Counted from the stretch's first letter, positions 41,430 to 51,837 are shown. The stretch: DNA of 64,000 nt from Snowella sp. (GCA_035285545.1 JAYKGY010000021.1:12127-76126); one strand, 5' to 3'. Made by a program: numbers and translations. The notes: a model not told the origin generated them from the letters alone.

Positions 41430-43739
41430 TTGAAAGACGTATTCATGCAGAAGGTCACACAAATTCCCTCATGCTTAACCGACTCGGCTGAAGCATCATT
41501 AAAGCTGTTGGTTAAAGTTTCGGAAAGCTCACTGACCCCAAGTGAGGGATACCGTCGAGTTTGCCATTCGGCCAAGTTAGTTGGGTTATCCATTGCCATG
41601 AGCGCGACAGGCATGGTGTTTTCCCATCAAGCAACTGCCACAACGGGAAACCCTCAAGCAGTTCTTTCTGATCTCGCAAATAGCCTAGAGGCTTCAGGGT
41701 TAAATCCGAATATCTCTGCAACTGAGGCTCCTCAATCTTCACTTCAGGTTCCTACCGCCAAAGTCGAGCCGCAGCACAAGGAATCATCGCTAAAGGCGAA
41801 AAAAGAATTTTCTTCTCAATATGCCGCGATCGCTGCCCCCTCCCAGAGCGCGTCTGAACAGCGTTTAAGTAATTCCCCCATTATTCAAGTTCCCCCTCTT
41901 AATAGCCAGATTGGGGCAAGTATTCCCTCTCTTCAATCCTCATCAGCTATCCCGGCCGTCAGACATTCTAGTCAACTCAATTCGGCTTTAGTGCCGGTTC
42001 GACCCCATTCTCCGACAGCAAGCCTAAAGTCTACCGGACGTAACACCATTAAGACCGCCAGCAAAATTATTCCCGTCCCCTTAGCCAACTCCATTCCTGA
42101 AGCAAATGCTGTTGCTGATGTCGCTGATGTCAGCCAGCCGCTACAAGTGATTCCGCCCCCAGAGAATACCCTTGTCTTACCCCGTGTTTCAACCCATACT
42201 AATACGGCTAATTCAGACTCGGTTATTCCCAAAAAACCACTAACCGTTGCCGCTGGAAACTTTGAGACCCCTATTCCGATTGTTGTCCCTACCCCTGAAA
42301 CTCAGCAGCAAACTAACGGACTAGAGAGTGAGTTTAAAACACCTATTCCAATTTCGACTAACCCCGAACCAGTTCCTTTAGCGAAGAAACAAGAAAATAC
42401 CCCTTCTAGTCAATCTTTAGCCGTTTCTAAATTAGAAGCTATTGGAACTAATACAACTCCCCCTCAAGGCCTGGCTAAGGTGGATTCACCTATTTTAATC
42501 CCCGTGGTTGAAACAGAGACGGCGGCTCTACCCAACTATTCCCAACCCCAGAAAACGTTATCTCCCCTTGCTGTCAAAGAGCCTGCGATTAATCACGGAT
42601 CTTCTTCCGATCAAGGGAATACCCAAAACTTAGCTGTTTATACCATCCAGCCTGGAGACACGCTCAATAGTATTGCTGAGCAATATCATCTCTCTAGTGC
42701 AGACCTTATCAAAGCGAATCACTTGAGCGATCCCAATCTGATTCGGGTCAATCAAAACCTTCTGATTCCTGCTATCGCCAAAGGCAATTCTGTCAAAGCA
42801 GTCGTTTCGCCCCAACTCATTGCTAGCAACACGAGTCATAATAGCTCTTCTGTTTTACCGGCTTCCGTTGAGCTAGCGGCTCCTAAAATTTCGGCTCCCC
42901 TAGTAGAACAACCCGCTAAAACGATTCCAATCGCGGTTGATGCACCATCCTCGACCTATATGGCTCAGTTGAAAACTGATGTCGCGAATTTGCAACAAAC
43001 TTATCGTAGTCCCTCTCCTTCGTTGAGTACTCCTGTTCCCCAGGTTGTACCCGTGGCAAATAATCAAAAGGATTTAAACGAAGAAATCAATCCCGAATGG
43101 GGTCAGCGAGTTGCGCCTAATAGTCAGATTGTGAATAGCTCCGCGCCTAATCGTAGTCTCCCCAGAGCGTATAATGCGCCTCAAACGTCTCTTTCTCAAT
43201 TACAGCAACGGTATCGCCCTGATGGACAATCCGTGGGTGTGAATCCCTCTCAGCAGATTATTGGTTCGGCTCCGATTGATGTAGAAGAATACAATGACAG
43301 TTTCAATACCCCTGTTGGGCAGGAAGTTAATCCTGCTGCGCCTAATACCTTAACAGAAGGATATATTTGGCCCGCTAGAGGCGTATTCACTTCGGGTTAT
43401 GGTCGTCGTTGGGGCAGAATGCATAGAGGCATTGATATTGCAGCCCCCATTGGTACGCCCATTATGGCATCCGCATCGGGTGAGGTTATTACGGCTGGCT
43501 GGAACTCAGGGGGGTTTGGTAATTTAGTTAAGCTTCGCCATGCCGATGGCTCTGTGACCCTCTATGCCCATAACAGTCGTATTTTGGTTCGTACCGGTCA
43601 ATTCGTTGCTCAGGGCCAACAGATTGCGGAAATGGGTAGTACTGGACGGAGTACTGGGCCTCACCTCCATTTTGAAATTCGTCCGAATGGAACAACAGCA
43701 GTCAATCCCGTTACTCTGTTAGCGAGTAATCGATCCTAA
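41430..43739 (+). CDS. nlpD: LysM + M23 peptidase (NlpD-like)
   Basis: TTG start after AGGAGG; LysM YTIQPGDTL; M23 HRGID, YAH, GPHLHFE; long Pro/Ser-rich linker. Confidence 0.85.
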   Translation: MKDVFMQKVTQIPSCLTDSAEASLKLLVKVSESSLTPSEGYRRVCHSAKLVGLSIAMSATGMVFSHQATATTGNPQAVLSDLANSLEASGLNPNISATEAPQSSLQVPTAKVEPQHKESSLKAKKEFSSQYAAIAAPSQSASEQRLSNSPIIQVPPLNSQIGASIPSLQSSSAIPAVRHSSQLNSALVPVRPHSPTASLKSTGRNTIKTASKIIPVPLANSIPEANAVADVADVSQPLQVIPPPENTLVLPRVSTHTNTANSDSVIPKKPLTVAAGNFETPIPIVVPTPETQQQTNGLESEFKTPIPISTNPEPVPLAKKQENTPSSQSLAVSKLEAIGTNTTPPQGLAKVDSPILIPVVETETAALPNYSQPQKTLSPLAVKEPAINHGSSSDQGNTQNLAVYTIQPGDTLNSIAEQYHLSSADLIKANHLSDPNLIRVNQNLLIPAIAKGNSVKAVVSPQLIASNTSHNSSSVLPASVELAAPKISAPLVEQPAKTIPIAVDAPSSTYMAQLKTDVANLQQTYRSPSPSLSTPVPQVVPVANNQKDLNEEINPEWGQRVAPNSQIVNSSAPNRSLPRAYNAPQTSLSQLQQRYRPDGQSVGVNPSQQIIGSAPIDVEEYNDSFNTPVGQEVNPAAPNTLTEGYIWPARGVFTSGYGRRWGRMHRGIDIAAPIGTPIMASASGEVITAGWNSGGFGNLVKLRHADGSVTLYAHNSRILVRTGQFVAQGQQIAEMGSTGRSTGPHLHFEIRPNGTTAVNPVTLLASNRS

Positions 43740-43766
43740 TTTCTAGCTGAATTAGTTAAAAGAGAT

Positions 43767-43796
43767 AAAAGGGAGTCAACTGGCTTCCTTTTTTTT
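43767..43796 (+). terminator. Intrinsic terminator after nlpD
   Basis: AAAAGGGAGTC-AACT-GGCTTCCTTTT plus T run. Confidence 0.75.
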
Positions 43797-43854
43797 ATGA
43801 GGAAATTAAAAAATTCTTGATTTAGTGTTAATATATAAAACGTGCAAAACGCAA

Positions 43855-43927
43855 GGCTCAGTAGCTCAGTGGTTAGAGCAGGGGACTCATAAGCCCAAGG
43901 TCGCAGGTTCAAATCCCGCCTGAGCCA
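43855..43927 (+). tRNA. trnM: tRNA-Met(CAT), probably elongator; CCA not encoded
   Basis: Acceptor stem GGCTCAG/CTGAGCC, D arm GCTC/GAGC, anticodon loop CTCATAA, T loop TTCAAAT; paired 1:72 argues against the initiator. Confidence 0.92.
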
Positions 43928-44122
43928 TTTCTATCATGATTTATAACTCAAACGCGATCGCGATCCATTAAATAGCAAAAACCAAGCTATTGACGGCATA
44001 ACTTGAGCCGATTTGGTATTTCCCGACTTTGGCCTCGTAATAAATGCTGAAAGCTCCCCCTGACAATTGACAAGAGGAGTTACTGGGTTTATTGCGCGAT
44101 CGCGTTATTTCCACCTTAGAAG

Positions 44123-44527
44123 CTACTGTTCACTGCCACTCGGAATCGCAGGGTCATTCGTTCCCGTCATACTCGTCCCACCAATTTCCCGTTCTGCAAA
44201 ATATTGATTGAGGAAAGTGCTGGTAAAAGATAAGACAACAGGAGCCAATAAAAAGCCAATTAATCCCTGAATAGAAAATCCGGGCACCAAGACAGCCGCT
44301 AACCAGAGGCAAATTCCGTTAACAACGAGGGAAAAAGCACCTAAAGTCACAAAATTTAAAGGTAGGGATAAGGTCGCCAAGACAGGTCGAATCACCGCAT
44401 TTACAAAACCGATCGCGATCGCAGCAATAATCGCAGCAGGAAAATTAGCCAAATTCACCCCAGGAACAATCATATCAACGACTAAAAGACTAAGAGCCGT
44501 TACCAAAATAGTCAACAAATAACTCAT
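44123..44527 (-). CDS. Phage holin family 4 / YvlD-like membrane protein
   Basis: 4 TM; VNAVIRPVL..LSLPLNFVTLG.F.LVVN. Confidence 0.85.
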   Translation of the reverse strand: MSYLLTILVTALSLLVVDMIVPGVNLANFPAAIIAAIAIGFVNAVIRPVLATLSLPLNFVTLGAFSLVVNGICLWLAAVLVPGFSIQGLIGFLLAPVVLSFTSTFLNQYFAEREIGGTSMTGTNDPAIPSGSEQ

Positions 44528-44591
44528 TATTATTTTCTCCGATTTTTATTAAACAACTTTGTAAATACACTGGAATAGTAGGGAAAGTCTT

Positions 44592-44774
44592 TTATTGATT
44601 AGCGGTGCCTCCTTCGTAATATTTACTAATCGCCCAAAGCGCATGAATACTGCCTGGTATCCAACCTAAAATCGTGAGTCCTAAGTTAATTAAAAAAGTT
44701 GGCCCAAAACCATAGGTTAGAAAAATGCCGAGGGGGGGAATGAGAATTCCTAACAAAATTTGTGTAAGTTTCAT
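44592..44774 (-). CDS. YqaE/Pmp3-family small membrane protein
   Basis: ILIPPLGIF...INLGLTILGWIPGSIHALW. Confidence 0.9.
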   Translation of the reverse strand: MKLTQILLGILIPPLGIFLTYGFGPTFLINLGLTILGWIPGSIHALWAISKYYEGGTANQ

Positions 44775-44848
44775 TGCAATAATCCTAATAAGATTGATTC
44801 AATTTTTGGGAATAGTAACCTGTTAAAAATCAAAAAAGCTAAGGGTGG

Positions 44849-45619
44849 CTAGGTTTTAGTTTTAACATCCGTTTTTTTACTATCCCAAAGCTCATGTAAA
44901 CGCTCTTTCACTTCATTTTCTTTTTGTGCCACTTTGGAAGCAAATTCCGTCAATTTAGTTTCTACTTGGGTTTGCTTTTCCTGAACAGGCGTGACCTTTT
45001 TATTTTCACTTTCTGTCCTAGTTGTTTGATACCAGGTTTTAGCCTCTTCTAAATGGCGTTTAATCTCAGCATAGCGATCGCCGTATCGTTCCTGTAATTG
45101 CTGATCAAGGGATTCAAGTTGTCGTCTGAGGTTGATATATTGTCCTTGAAGGACACTCCCCTGTTGCTTGGCTTGTACTGAATCAACCGCTTGATCAATC
45201 TCGGATTTGAGGGCAGTCGGTTCACCGGCTTCCGATGCTTTAATATCAATCAGAACCCCATCAATTTCTTGATCCAATAGTTGCTGTTGTTCATTAACTT
45301 TGGCTTGAAGTTTTTCGAGTTTAGCCTGACGCTTGGCGATCGCATCCTGACGGTGTTGCATTAATCCTTCAATTGCCCCTTCCACCGAAGCTGTAATTTC
45401 TTCCTGGGCTGCCTTTCCTGTCTGTTGAAGATGGTCAACAACCGCCCTGACCAACTCCTTAACGATCAGCCCGATTTCCCCACTGCCCTCTTTAACTTCA
45501 GCCGTCGTTTGAGAAACAGCATCTTTGACAATTTCCCGAATATGCTCGACCCTTTCCTTCCCTTCTGATTTAGCCTTTTCTAAATTATTAATCACCCTTT
45601 TTTGAACAGAATTAGACAT
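44849..45619 (-). CDS. Hypothetical coiled-coil protein
   Basis: 256-aa Glu/Lys/Gln-rich ORF with CAGGAG RBS; no recognisable catalytic motif. Confidence 0.75.
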   Translation of the reverse strand: MSNSVQKRVINNLEKAKSEGKERVEHIREIVKDAVSQTTAEVKEGSGEIGLIVKELVRAVVDHLQQTGKAAQEEITASVEGAIEGLMQHRQDAIAKRQAKLEKLQAKVNEQQQLLDQEIDGVLIDIKASEAGEPTALKSEIDQAVDSVQAKQQGSVLQGQYINLRRQLESLDQQLQERYGDRYAEIKRHLEEAKTWYQTTRTESENKKVTPVQEKQTQVETKLTEFASKVAQKENEVKERLHELWDSKKTDVKTKT

Positions 45620-45911
45620 GGTTGACTCCTGACCAATGCTAAAAAAAGCCCAACCCGACTGAAGAATAATCTTGGAAAAAATTAACCCGAAAAATTGAGT
45701 AATTCTTCGTGAATACGGTTAATTCAGAATCTCTTAAGCCATTGGTTGCTACTTTTTAAATGATTTATAAAGGTTTATCACCTAGTGCGATCTTAGAAAA
45801 AAAGTTATCTAATCCGTCAGTACCTTGGGAATAGTTTTTTGTCTAATCAAACTTCAATCGGTCATTTCTCCTTAATCGCAAAATCCTAATGAACAAAACG
45901 AATTGAAAAAG

Positions 45912-46763
45912 CTAGCCAAACGCTTTTTTCTGAGCCACATGAAAAGCGGATAAATAGGTAAGATCTAAGCGATCGCTGCCCGTTTGTAATAACTTAATCG
46001 CTAATTCTGAAAATAGTTGCCTGCGAGTTTCCGGCTCTAGAGCAATGTAGGGAGACAGGGTACTTAACAACGCCAGATAATCCGCGATCGTATAAACCAA
46101 GGGATAGGCTTTGCAGTCACAAGATAGGCTGTCAAAATAACCAGACCCTAAAATTTCTTGACCGAAGTATTGAAAATTGCTCTGTTGATTTTCTAAGGTT
46201 TCATAACGGGCAGGGATTGGCATTGTTGGCACTAGGGCTTGATAAATAGGTTCTAGCGGTTGATATTGCTCGTAACTGAGTTGGGGCGGCGTGTTCCAGA
46301 GTAAAATCAAGTGACCCTGCTCGTTTAACACCTCATAGGTTTTAGGATAGGCAATTTCTGATCTAATCCAATGCCAAGAGGTTGTCGCTATCACCGCATC
46401 AAAGCTTTCCCTTTCTCCGTCCCATTCTTCAAAGGTGGTATTAATAACCGTCACGTTAGGATACTCGACACAATGCTGTTTTGCTAGGTTAGCGGCTTCT
46501 AAGTTGGGTTCTAGGCTGACCAGAGAAAAACCGAGTTGAGCCAAAGGAACCGTCGCAATCCCTGGCCCACAGCCTAATTCTAAAATTTTGGCAGAAGACT
46601 TGAGTTGGGATAATTCGATGACACGGTTGAGGATTTCCTGGGGATAACGGGGTCTGACGCGATAATAATCTTCTGCAACATTGCCATACCAAGTTTTCCG
46701 TTCTGCTAACTCCTTATTACTGTAATTTTTGATCCATTCTATCCAAGCATTGGTTTTACTCAT
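45912..46763 (-). CDS. Class I SAM-dependent methyltransferase
   Basis: VRPRYP, ILELGCGPG, FDAVIATTSWHW. Confidence 0.9.
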   Translation of the reverse strand: MSKTNAWIEWIKNYSNKELAERKTWYGNVAEDYYRVRPRYPQEILNRVIELSQLKSSAKILELGCGPGIATVPLAQLGFSLVSLEPNLEAANLAKQHCVEYPNVTVINTTFEEWDGERESFDAVIATTSWHWIRSEIAYPKTYEVLNEQGHLILLWNTPPQLSYEQYQPLEPIYQALVPTMPIPARYETLENQQSNFQYFGQEILGSGYFDSLSCDCKAYPLVYTIADYLALLSTLSPYIALEPETRRQLFSELAIKLLQTGSDRLDLTYLSAFHVAQKKAFG

Positions 46764-46855
46764 TGGTTCTTTATCCCCAGTTATGATTTTTCACTCAAAT
46801 TATTGAAAACTAGCTATTATCCAAAAATCATCTTAAATTGTAGACTTTGCCTGAT

Positions 46856-47806
46856 CTAACGCAACAATAAAACTGACTTTACTGATCGCACCACAGGTTC
46901 ACCCTTTTCTGTCACTTTCCCAAATACCATTTTTCCGTCGTAATACATCCCCGAAGAACTTCCCCCATCTAAATTTAAAGCCTCTTCCACTCCCTGCGAT
47001 CGCATAAAATCCGCCAACTCAGGCAAAGATAAACCCGAATTTTTGGGAGCATCAGGTCTTTGAGCCGCCATTACCCATAGAAGATCCCCTGAAGCCGTTA
47101 TTCCAATGGCTGTCCGAGCATTGCGTTGTTTGAAACCAATGGCATCACGTACCACTTTTCCTTGCGTTACCTGCCAAAATCCTTCTTCCGTTGCGGTCAT
47201 ATCGGGTAATAATCTGGGCCCGCCGCCGATAGCATCCATTAACTGGCAATCACGAGGAATCGGCGCATTATGAACAGTGATAGCATAACGAGTTAAATTC
47301 CCGCATTGATAGCGTCTCAATTCACTGCGGTTAAAAATTTGGGGTAAATAGGGAGTCAGTTTAGGATTTTCGATTAAACGTTCATTTTGTTTGGGATCAC
47401 CTGTTAATTTTCCTTGTTCAGTAATATAGGCCGTTGTCTTTTGGTTCTGAGCATCAAAAAAGCCCGCATTCATGGCCGCGATCGCCGAATATTTTTTCGC
47501 AAAGTCAGAAACCGTCATCAGTTGAGCAGAGGAAACAACAGTAACTTGATATTTTCCTTGGGCTGGAATTTTTAACGTATAAACCGTACTGTGGGGTAGG
47601 GAATGAACCTGATATTGGGGTAAAAGCTCAGGCGTGGGTTGAACAGCAGAAATACGGGTCGGGCGCGATCGCGTCATTAGACAACTGCTTAAGCCAATAC
47701 TGATTAATAGGAATCCGCTCAGACGAATGAGATATTTGAATCGTTTATTGTGAAAGCCTAACCCTATTACCCCCCCAGGGGATTGCAAAAGATTAAAAAA
47801 CATCAT
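46856..47806 (-). CDS. Phosphodiester glycosidase (NAGPA-like) lipoprotein
   Basis: NAGFF, GGGPRL, NARTAIG, ALNLDGGSSS. Confidence 0.88.
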   Translation of the reverse strand: MMFFNLLQSPGGVIGLGFHNKRFKYLIRLSGFLLISIGLSSCLMTRSRPTRISAVQPTPELLPQYQVHSLPHSTVYTLKIPAQGKYQVTVVSSAQLMTVSDFAKKYSAIAAMNAGFFDAQNQKTTAYITEQGKLTGDPKQNERLIENPKLTPYLPQIFNRSELRRYQCGNLTRYAITVHNAPIPRDCQLMDAIGGGPRLLPDMTATEEGFWQVTQGKVVRDAIGFKQRNARTAIGITASGDLLWVMAAQRPDAPKNSGLSLPELADFMRSQGVEEALNLDGGSSSGMYYDGKMVFGKVTEKGEPVVRSVKSVLLLR

Positions 47807-47970
47807 TAACTGTTGTTAGTTGCAGATTATTCATTAAATCCGTTACTCTTGACTTCTCAAATTAACAGAAAATGTCAGGCTTTATTAATACGAATTTTGA
47901 GATTGAATCAATCCTAACGAATGAGAACCGCAATCTTAGTTTTAAAGCTGCCTGAATCTTTCCTCTAACC

Positions 47971-48666
47971 ATGACCCTATTTGTTTTATCTCATTATCTT
48001 GCACTACATATTCCCGATGGTTTCCTGAATTTCCCCGTAAGTTTGGTTACTTGGGCATTTTCTTTGGTTCTCATCGCTTTCTCCCTCAAACGGGCCGAAA
48101 CAGAATACCAAGAGCGAACCGTTCCCTTGATGGGCGTGTGTGCAGCGTTTATCTTTGCGGCTCAAATGATTAATTTTCCCATTCCTGGGGGAACGTCAGG
48201 CCACTTGTTAGGGGGAACTTTAGCAGGGATTTTACTCGGCCCTTGGGCTGGCTCACTGGTGATGATGGTCGTGTTTATTGTGCAAGCGGTCTTATTTCAA
48301 GATGGCGGACTGACAGCACTGGGGGCCAATATTTTCAATATGGGATTAATCGGAACCTTTGGCGGTTACTACCTCTATCGGGCTATTCGTTCTCTGTTTG
48401 GTTTTTCTACTTGGCGGGGAATGGCGATGGGAACTGCGATCGCGGCTTGGTCTAGTGTGGTAGCCGCAGCCTTGGTCTGTTCAATTCAATTAGCGTTATC
48501 CAATACTGTTCCCTTAAAAGTCGCCTTAGTCGCTATGCTTTCTTGGCATTTCATTATTGGGATAGGAGAAGCTTTAATTACCTTAGTGACAGTGAACTAT
48601 ATCTGGCAGAATCGCCCCGATCTTCTCTACGATCCGCCCAAGCCTAAAACGGTTTTAGAGCATTAA
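47971..48666 (+). CDS. cbiM: ECF Ni/Co transporter S component (CbiM/NikM)
   Basis: HIPDGFL, GGTSGHLLG, DGGLTALGAN, IGIGEALIT. Confidence 0.9.
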   Translation: MTLFVLSHYLALHIPDGFLNFPVSLVTWAFSLVLIAFSLKRAETEYQERTVPLMGVCAAFIFAAQMINFPIPGGTSGHLLGGTLAGILLGPWAGSLVMMVVFIVQAVLFQDGGLTALGANIFNMGLIGTFGGYYLYRAIRSLFGFSTWRGMAMGTAIAAWSSVVAAALVCSIQLALSNTVPLKVALVAMLSWHFIIGIGEALITLVTVNYIWQNRPDLLYDPPKPKTVLEH

Positions 48667-48692
48667 TCATCGTTGTGAACGTTTGAATTGTT

Positions 48693-49025
48693 ATGAATAA
48701 ATTTTCTGCTAATAAAAATAAAGCTTTACTGATAATGGGATTGGGATCGGCGATCGCGGTTGCAGCTTTCCTTTCTCCTTTTGCCAGTAGTAATCCAGAT
48801 GGGCTGGATCGGGTTGCCCAAGACTATCAATTTGATCAAAAAGCTGACGAAAATCCTTTATCCCATAAACTCCCGTTTCATCAGGTATTTGATGAATATG
48901 CGATGCGGGGTGTTCCTAGCTCTGTTGCCACTCCCCTCGCAGGACTTGTCGGGACATTAGTAACCTTTGGCTTGACCTGGGGTTTAGGGAAGGTTTTGGT
49001 CAAAAAATCCGATTCAACCCATTAG
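48693..49025 (+). CDS. PDGLE-domain ECF accessory membrane protein (NikN-like)
   Basis: FASSNPDGLDRVA between two TM helices. Confidence 0.85.
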   Translation: MNKFSANKNKALLIMGLGSAIAVAAFLSPFASSNPDGLDRVAQDYQFDQKADENPLSHKLPFHQVFDEYAMRGVPSSVATPLAGLVGTLVTFGLTWGLGKVLVKKSDSTH

Positions 49026-49052
49026 CAGCTTTTAACCTTCAATTTAAACGCA

Positions 49053-49835
49053 ATGTTGTTGCATATCGGCACTTTCCAACTCGATCAGGATAGTCATCAC
49101 CTTACCCTTTGGCATCGTTTAGCTCCTCAAATTCGTTTACTTTGCGCTTTATTATTTGTCTTTTTTACGTCCTTTACACCCAATGGTCACTGGGAAACTT
49201 GGAAAATTTACGGTTTAGGGCTGATATTGCTCATTTTAGCCAGTAAAGTGTCTTTATCGGTTCTTTTGCAACGAGTTGCCATTGAATCGGCTTTTATTGG
49301 GGTAGTGCTGTTAGGAACGCTCTTTCGGGATGGGGGAGAAATTTTGTGGCAATGGGGTTGGTTCCGAATCACAACGGAGGGGGTAACGGTTTTAGGAAGT
49401 GTTAGTTTTAAAGCGATTCTTTGCCTATTGATGTTAAATCTATTGGTGCTAACTACTCCCATTACGCAATTATTATCTGCTTTGACGATTCTTAAAACGC
49501 CTCCCTTGTTAGTGGCAATTTTAAGTTCGATGTATCGTTATCTGGGCTTGCTCATTGAAGAAGCCGAAACCATGCGACGGGCCGCTTTATCCCGTAATTT
49601 AATGAATAATGCCCAATGGCAGCGATTAATTATTGGTAATACCATTGGTTTGCTGTTTATTCGTACCTATCAACGGGGTGAACGGGTTTATCAGGCGATG
49701 TTGGCAAGAGGTTATCAAGGTGTGCCCATGATTACGCAAAGTCCAACCTTAGCTCCTCGTGATTGGCTAGCGTTAAGCTTAATGGTTGCTCTTCTGCTTT
49801 TGGGACAAGGGATTTACCTGTTGTTTGAAAATTAA
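49053..49835 (+). CDS. cbiQ: ECF transporter T component
   Basis: MYRYL, ALSR, GERVYQAMLARGY. Confidence 0.9.
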   Translation: MLLHIGTFQLDQDSHHLTLWHRLAPQIRLLCALLFVFFTSFTPNGHWETWKIYGLGLILLILASKVSLSVLLQRVAIESAFIGVVLLGTLFRDGGEILWQWGWFRITTEGVTVLGSVSFKAILCLLMLNLLVLTTPITQLLSALTILKTPPLLVAILSSMYRYLGLLIEEAETMRRAALSRNLMNNAQWQRLIIGNTIGLLFIRTYQRGERVYQAMLARGYQGVPMITQSPTLAPRDWLALSLMVALLLLGQGIYLLFEN

Positions 49836-50624
49836 ATGCACCACAATTCTGTTTTAATTGAAAACTTGAGTTTTACCTATAGTGACGGTACAAAAGCTTT
49901 AACAGGAATTCATTTAGCCATTGAAGCCACTGAACGAGTCGCGATCGTCGGAGCCAATGGATCAGGAAAATCTACTCTACTCCTGCACTTAAATGGGTTA
50001 ATTTTGCCCCAAATCGGCAGAGTCGTCATCGGACAGCAGGAGATCACCCCTAAAAATTTGCAATGGATTCGCAATAATATGGGGCTGGTTTTCCAAAATC
50101 CTGATGATCAGATCTTTATGCCGACGGTTTGGGAAGATCTACAATTTGGCCCCAAAAATCAAGGATTGAACGAGGAAGTGATTCAAAAACGCTGCCAGCA
50201 AGCCCTCCAAGCCGTTGGTTTAGATCCCCATCTCTATTCCTCTCGTAATGCCCATCATTTATCGGGTGGTGAAAAAAAACGGGTCGCGATCGCGGGAGTC
50301 TTGGCCATGCAACCCCAAATTTTAGCTCTCGATGAACCGTCTGCCCAACTCGATCCCCGCAGCCGTCGTCAATTGATCGACTTATTACGACCCCTACCCC
50401 TTACCTATCTCATTGCGACCCACGATTTAGATTTGGCGTTAGAACTCTGCGATCGCATTATTGTTCTCAGTCAAGGACAAGTGGTGAGAGATGGCCCAAC
50501 GGAGGAAATTTTGAGCGATTCGGAGACCCTAGAGCAATATCACCTTGAATCTCCCTTGAGCTACAGCCGTCCCTATTGTTTACTGCAAGATCAGCCCTAT
50601 CCCCAAATTTCCCGTAAACAATGA
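49836..50624 (+). CDS. cbiO: ECF transporter ATPase
   Basis: GANGSGKS, FQNPDDQ, LSGGEKKR, LDEP. Confidence 0.9.
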   Translation: MHHNSVLIENLSFTYSDGTKALTGIHLAIEATERVAIVGANGSGKSTLLLHLNGLILPQIGRVVIGQQEITPKNLQWIRNNMGLVFQNPDDQIFMPTVWEDLQFGPKNQGLNEEVIQKRCQQALQAVGLDPHLYSSRNAHHLSGGEKKRVAIAGVLAMQPQILALDEPSAQLDPRSRRQLIDLLRPLPLTYLIATHDLDLALELCDRIIVLSQGQVVRDGPTEEILSDSETLEQYHLESPLSYSRPYCLLQDQPYPQISRKQ

Positions 50625-51832
50625 GCAATTCGAGCCGCCGCCCCTGGTTTTCCTAAACGTTTTTTACCGTTTTCGGCAATGGCTAACCGTTTTTCAGGAT
50701 TATTGAGCAATAACTTTAACGCTTGAGCCACTTCTGACGGCTGAGATAATAACGTCACCGATTTTCCCAGTAAATAGGTCTGTCGTTGGGCAAAAGCAGG
50801 GGTAAATTGCGGGCCTGTACCAGGCAAGCTAAAAACGGGTTTTCCTAAGCCGACAAATTGTTCCGTTGCTGTTCCTGCCATCGCGATCGCCAGATCTGCC
50901 AAATTTAAACAGGTTCCATAGGATCGTTGACTCAGAATGAGCTTAGACTGCTTTTGTTGAAAAACTTTTGCCTCAACATCATTTAATAAGTTATTTTCTG
51001 GCACTAAAGGAATAGACTGCCACTTTTGAGCAATTAAAGCTTGTTGCAATGGTTTTAAATCTAAAGAAGGCGCGATCGCGGCCAAAAAACAGAGAGATTG
51101 ATCTTGAAACTGTTCTAAGATCCCTTGAACCGCTTGCAGAATTACTTGCCAATTTCGCTCGGCTTCCGGCGATCGCGATCCAGGCAATAACAAAATCGTT
51201 AATTGCTCAGGTTTATTCTTGGGTAACTCAGTGTTTATTCCCAATCCATCCATCATCGGGTTTCCTAAATCAAAAGCAGGAATGGAAAATTGCTGAAGAT
51301 TGTTAGCCGTTATTTCATCTCTGGGGAAAACCGCCTTACAGTTGGGACGACTCATTAGCCACCGTTCCCAAGGGTAATAATCCGAACCCAATTGACGAGC
51401 AAACCAGGGCGTTGAAGTTAACCAACCGTTTTTATCCCGCAAATAATATTCCGATTTTGCCGTTCCCACAAACCCATATTCCGCCCCACTCATCCAAGCA
51501 AAAATCAAAGGCACAATATCCCCCACTGCTAAAATCTTTCCACCGTCTTTTGCCCATTGTTGAATGGCTTGATATTGCTTCAGGGTTAATTGCAACAAGC
51601 CCCCTTTTAAATCCTTTAATAACTCACGGCTATCCATATAAATAAATCCCCCCGATGGCATTTTCTGTACCGCACCAATCACGGGAATATTGAGTTCATC
51701 ATAGGCATGACCTTCACCAACTAACGGCAAAATTGCTAACTCTGGGGGATTATTGGTTAATTGGATCTGTTCGGCAATCCTAGCGGCGATCGCGTCTTCT
51801 CCATGACCATTACTTAAAATTAGCAATTTCAT
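50597..51832 (-). CDS. Lipid-A-disaccharide synthase-related protein (GT-B fold)
   Basis: LSNGHGED, MPSGGF, GNPMMD, LLPGSR, AGTATEQ. Confidence 0.85.
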   Translation of the reverse strand: MKLLILSNGHGEDAIAARIAEQIQLTNNPPELAILPLVGEGHAYDELNIPVIGAVQKMPSGGFIYMDSRELLKDLKGGLLQLTLKQYQAIQQWAKDGGKILAVGDIVPLIFAWMSGAEYGFVGTAKSEYYLRDKNGWLTSTPWFARQLGSDYYPWERWLMSRPNCKAVFPRDEITANNLQQFSIPAFDLGNPMMDGLGINTELPKNKPEQLTILLLPGSRSPEAERNWQVILQAVQGILEQFQDQSLCFLAAIAPSLDLKPLQQALIAQKWQSIPLVPENNLLNDVEAKVFQQKQSKLILSQRSYGTCLNLADLAIAMAGTATEQFVGLGKPVFSLPGTGPQFTPAFAQRQTYLLGKSVTLLSQPSEVAQALKLLLNNPEKRLAIAENGKKRLGKPGAAARIAHCLREIWG

Positions 51833-51837
51833 TAATT

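Noticed and set aside
43855..46763. Prophage or island integrated at tRNA-Met, suggested by the holin-family gene
   Set aside because: No integrase, no duplicated tRNA 3' end noticed, normal HIP1 content
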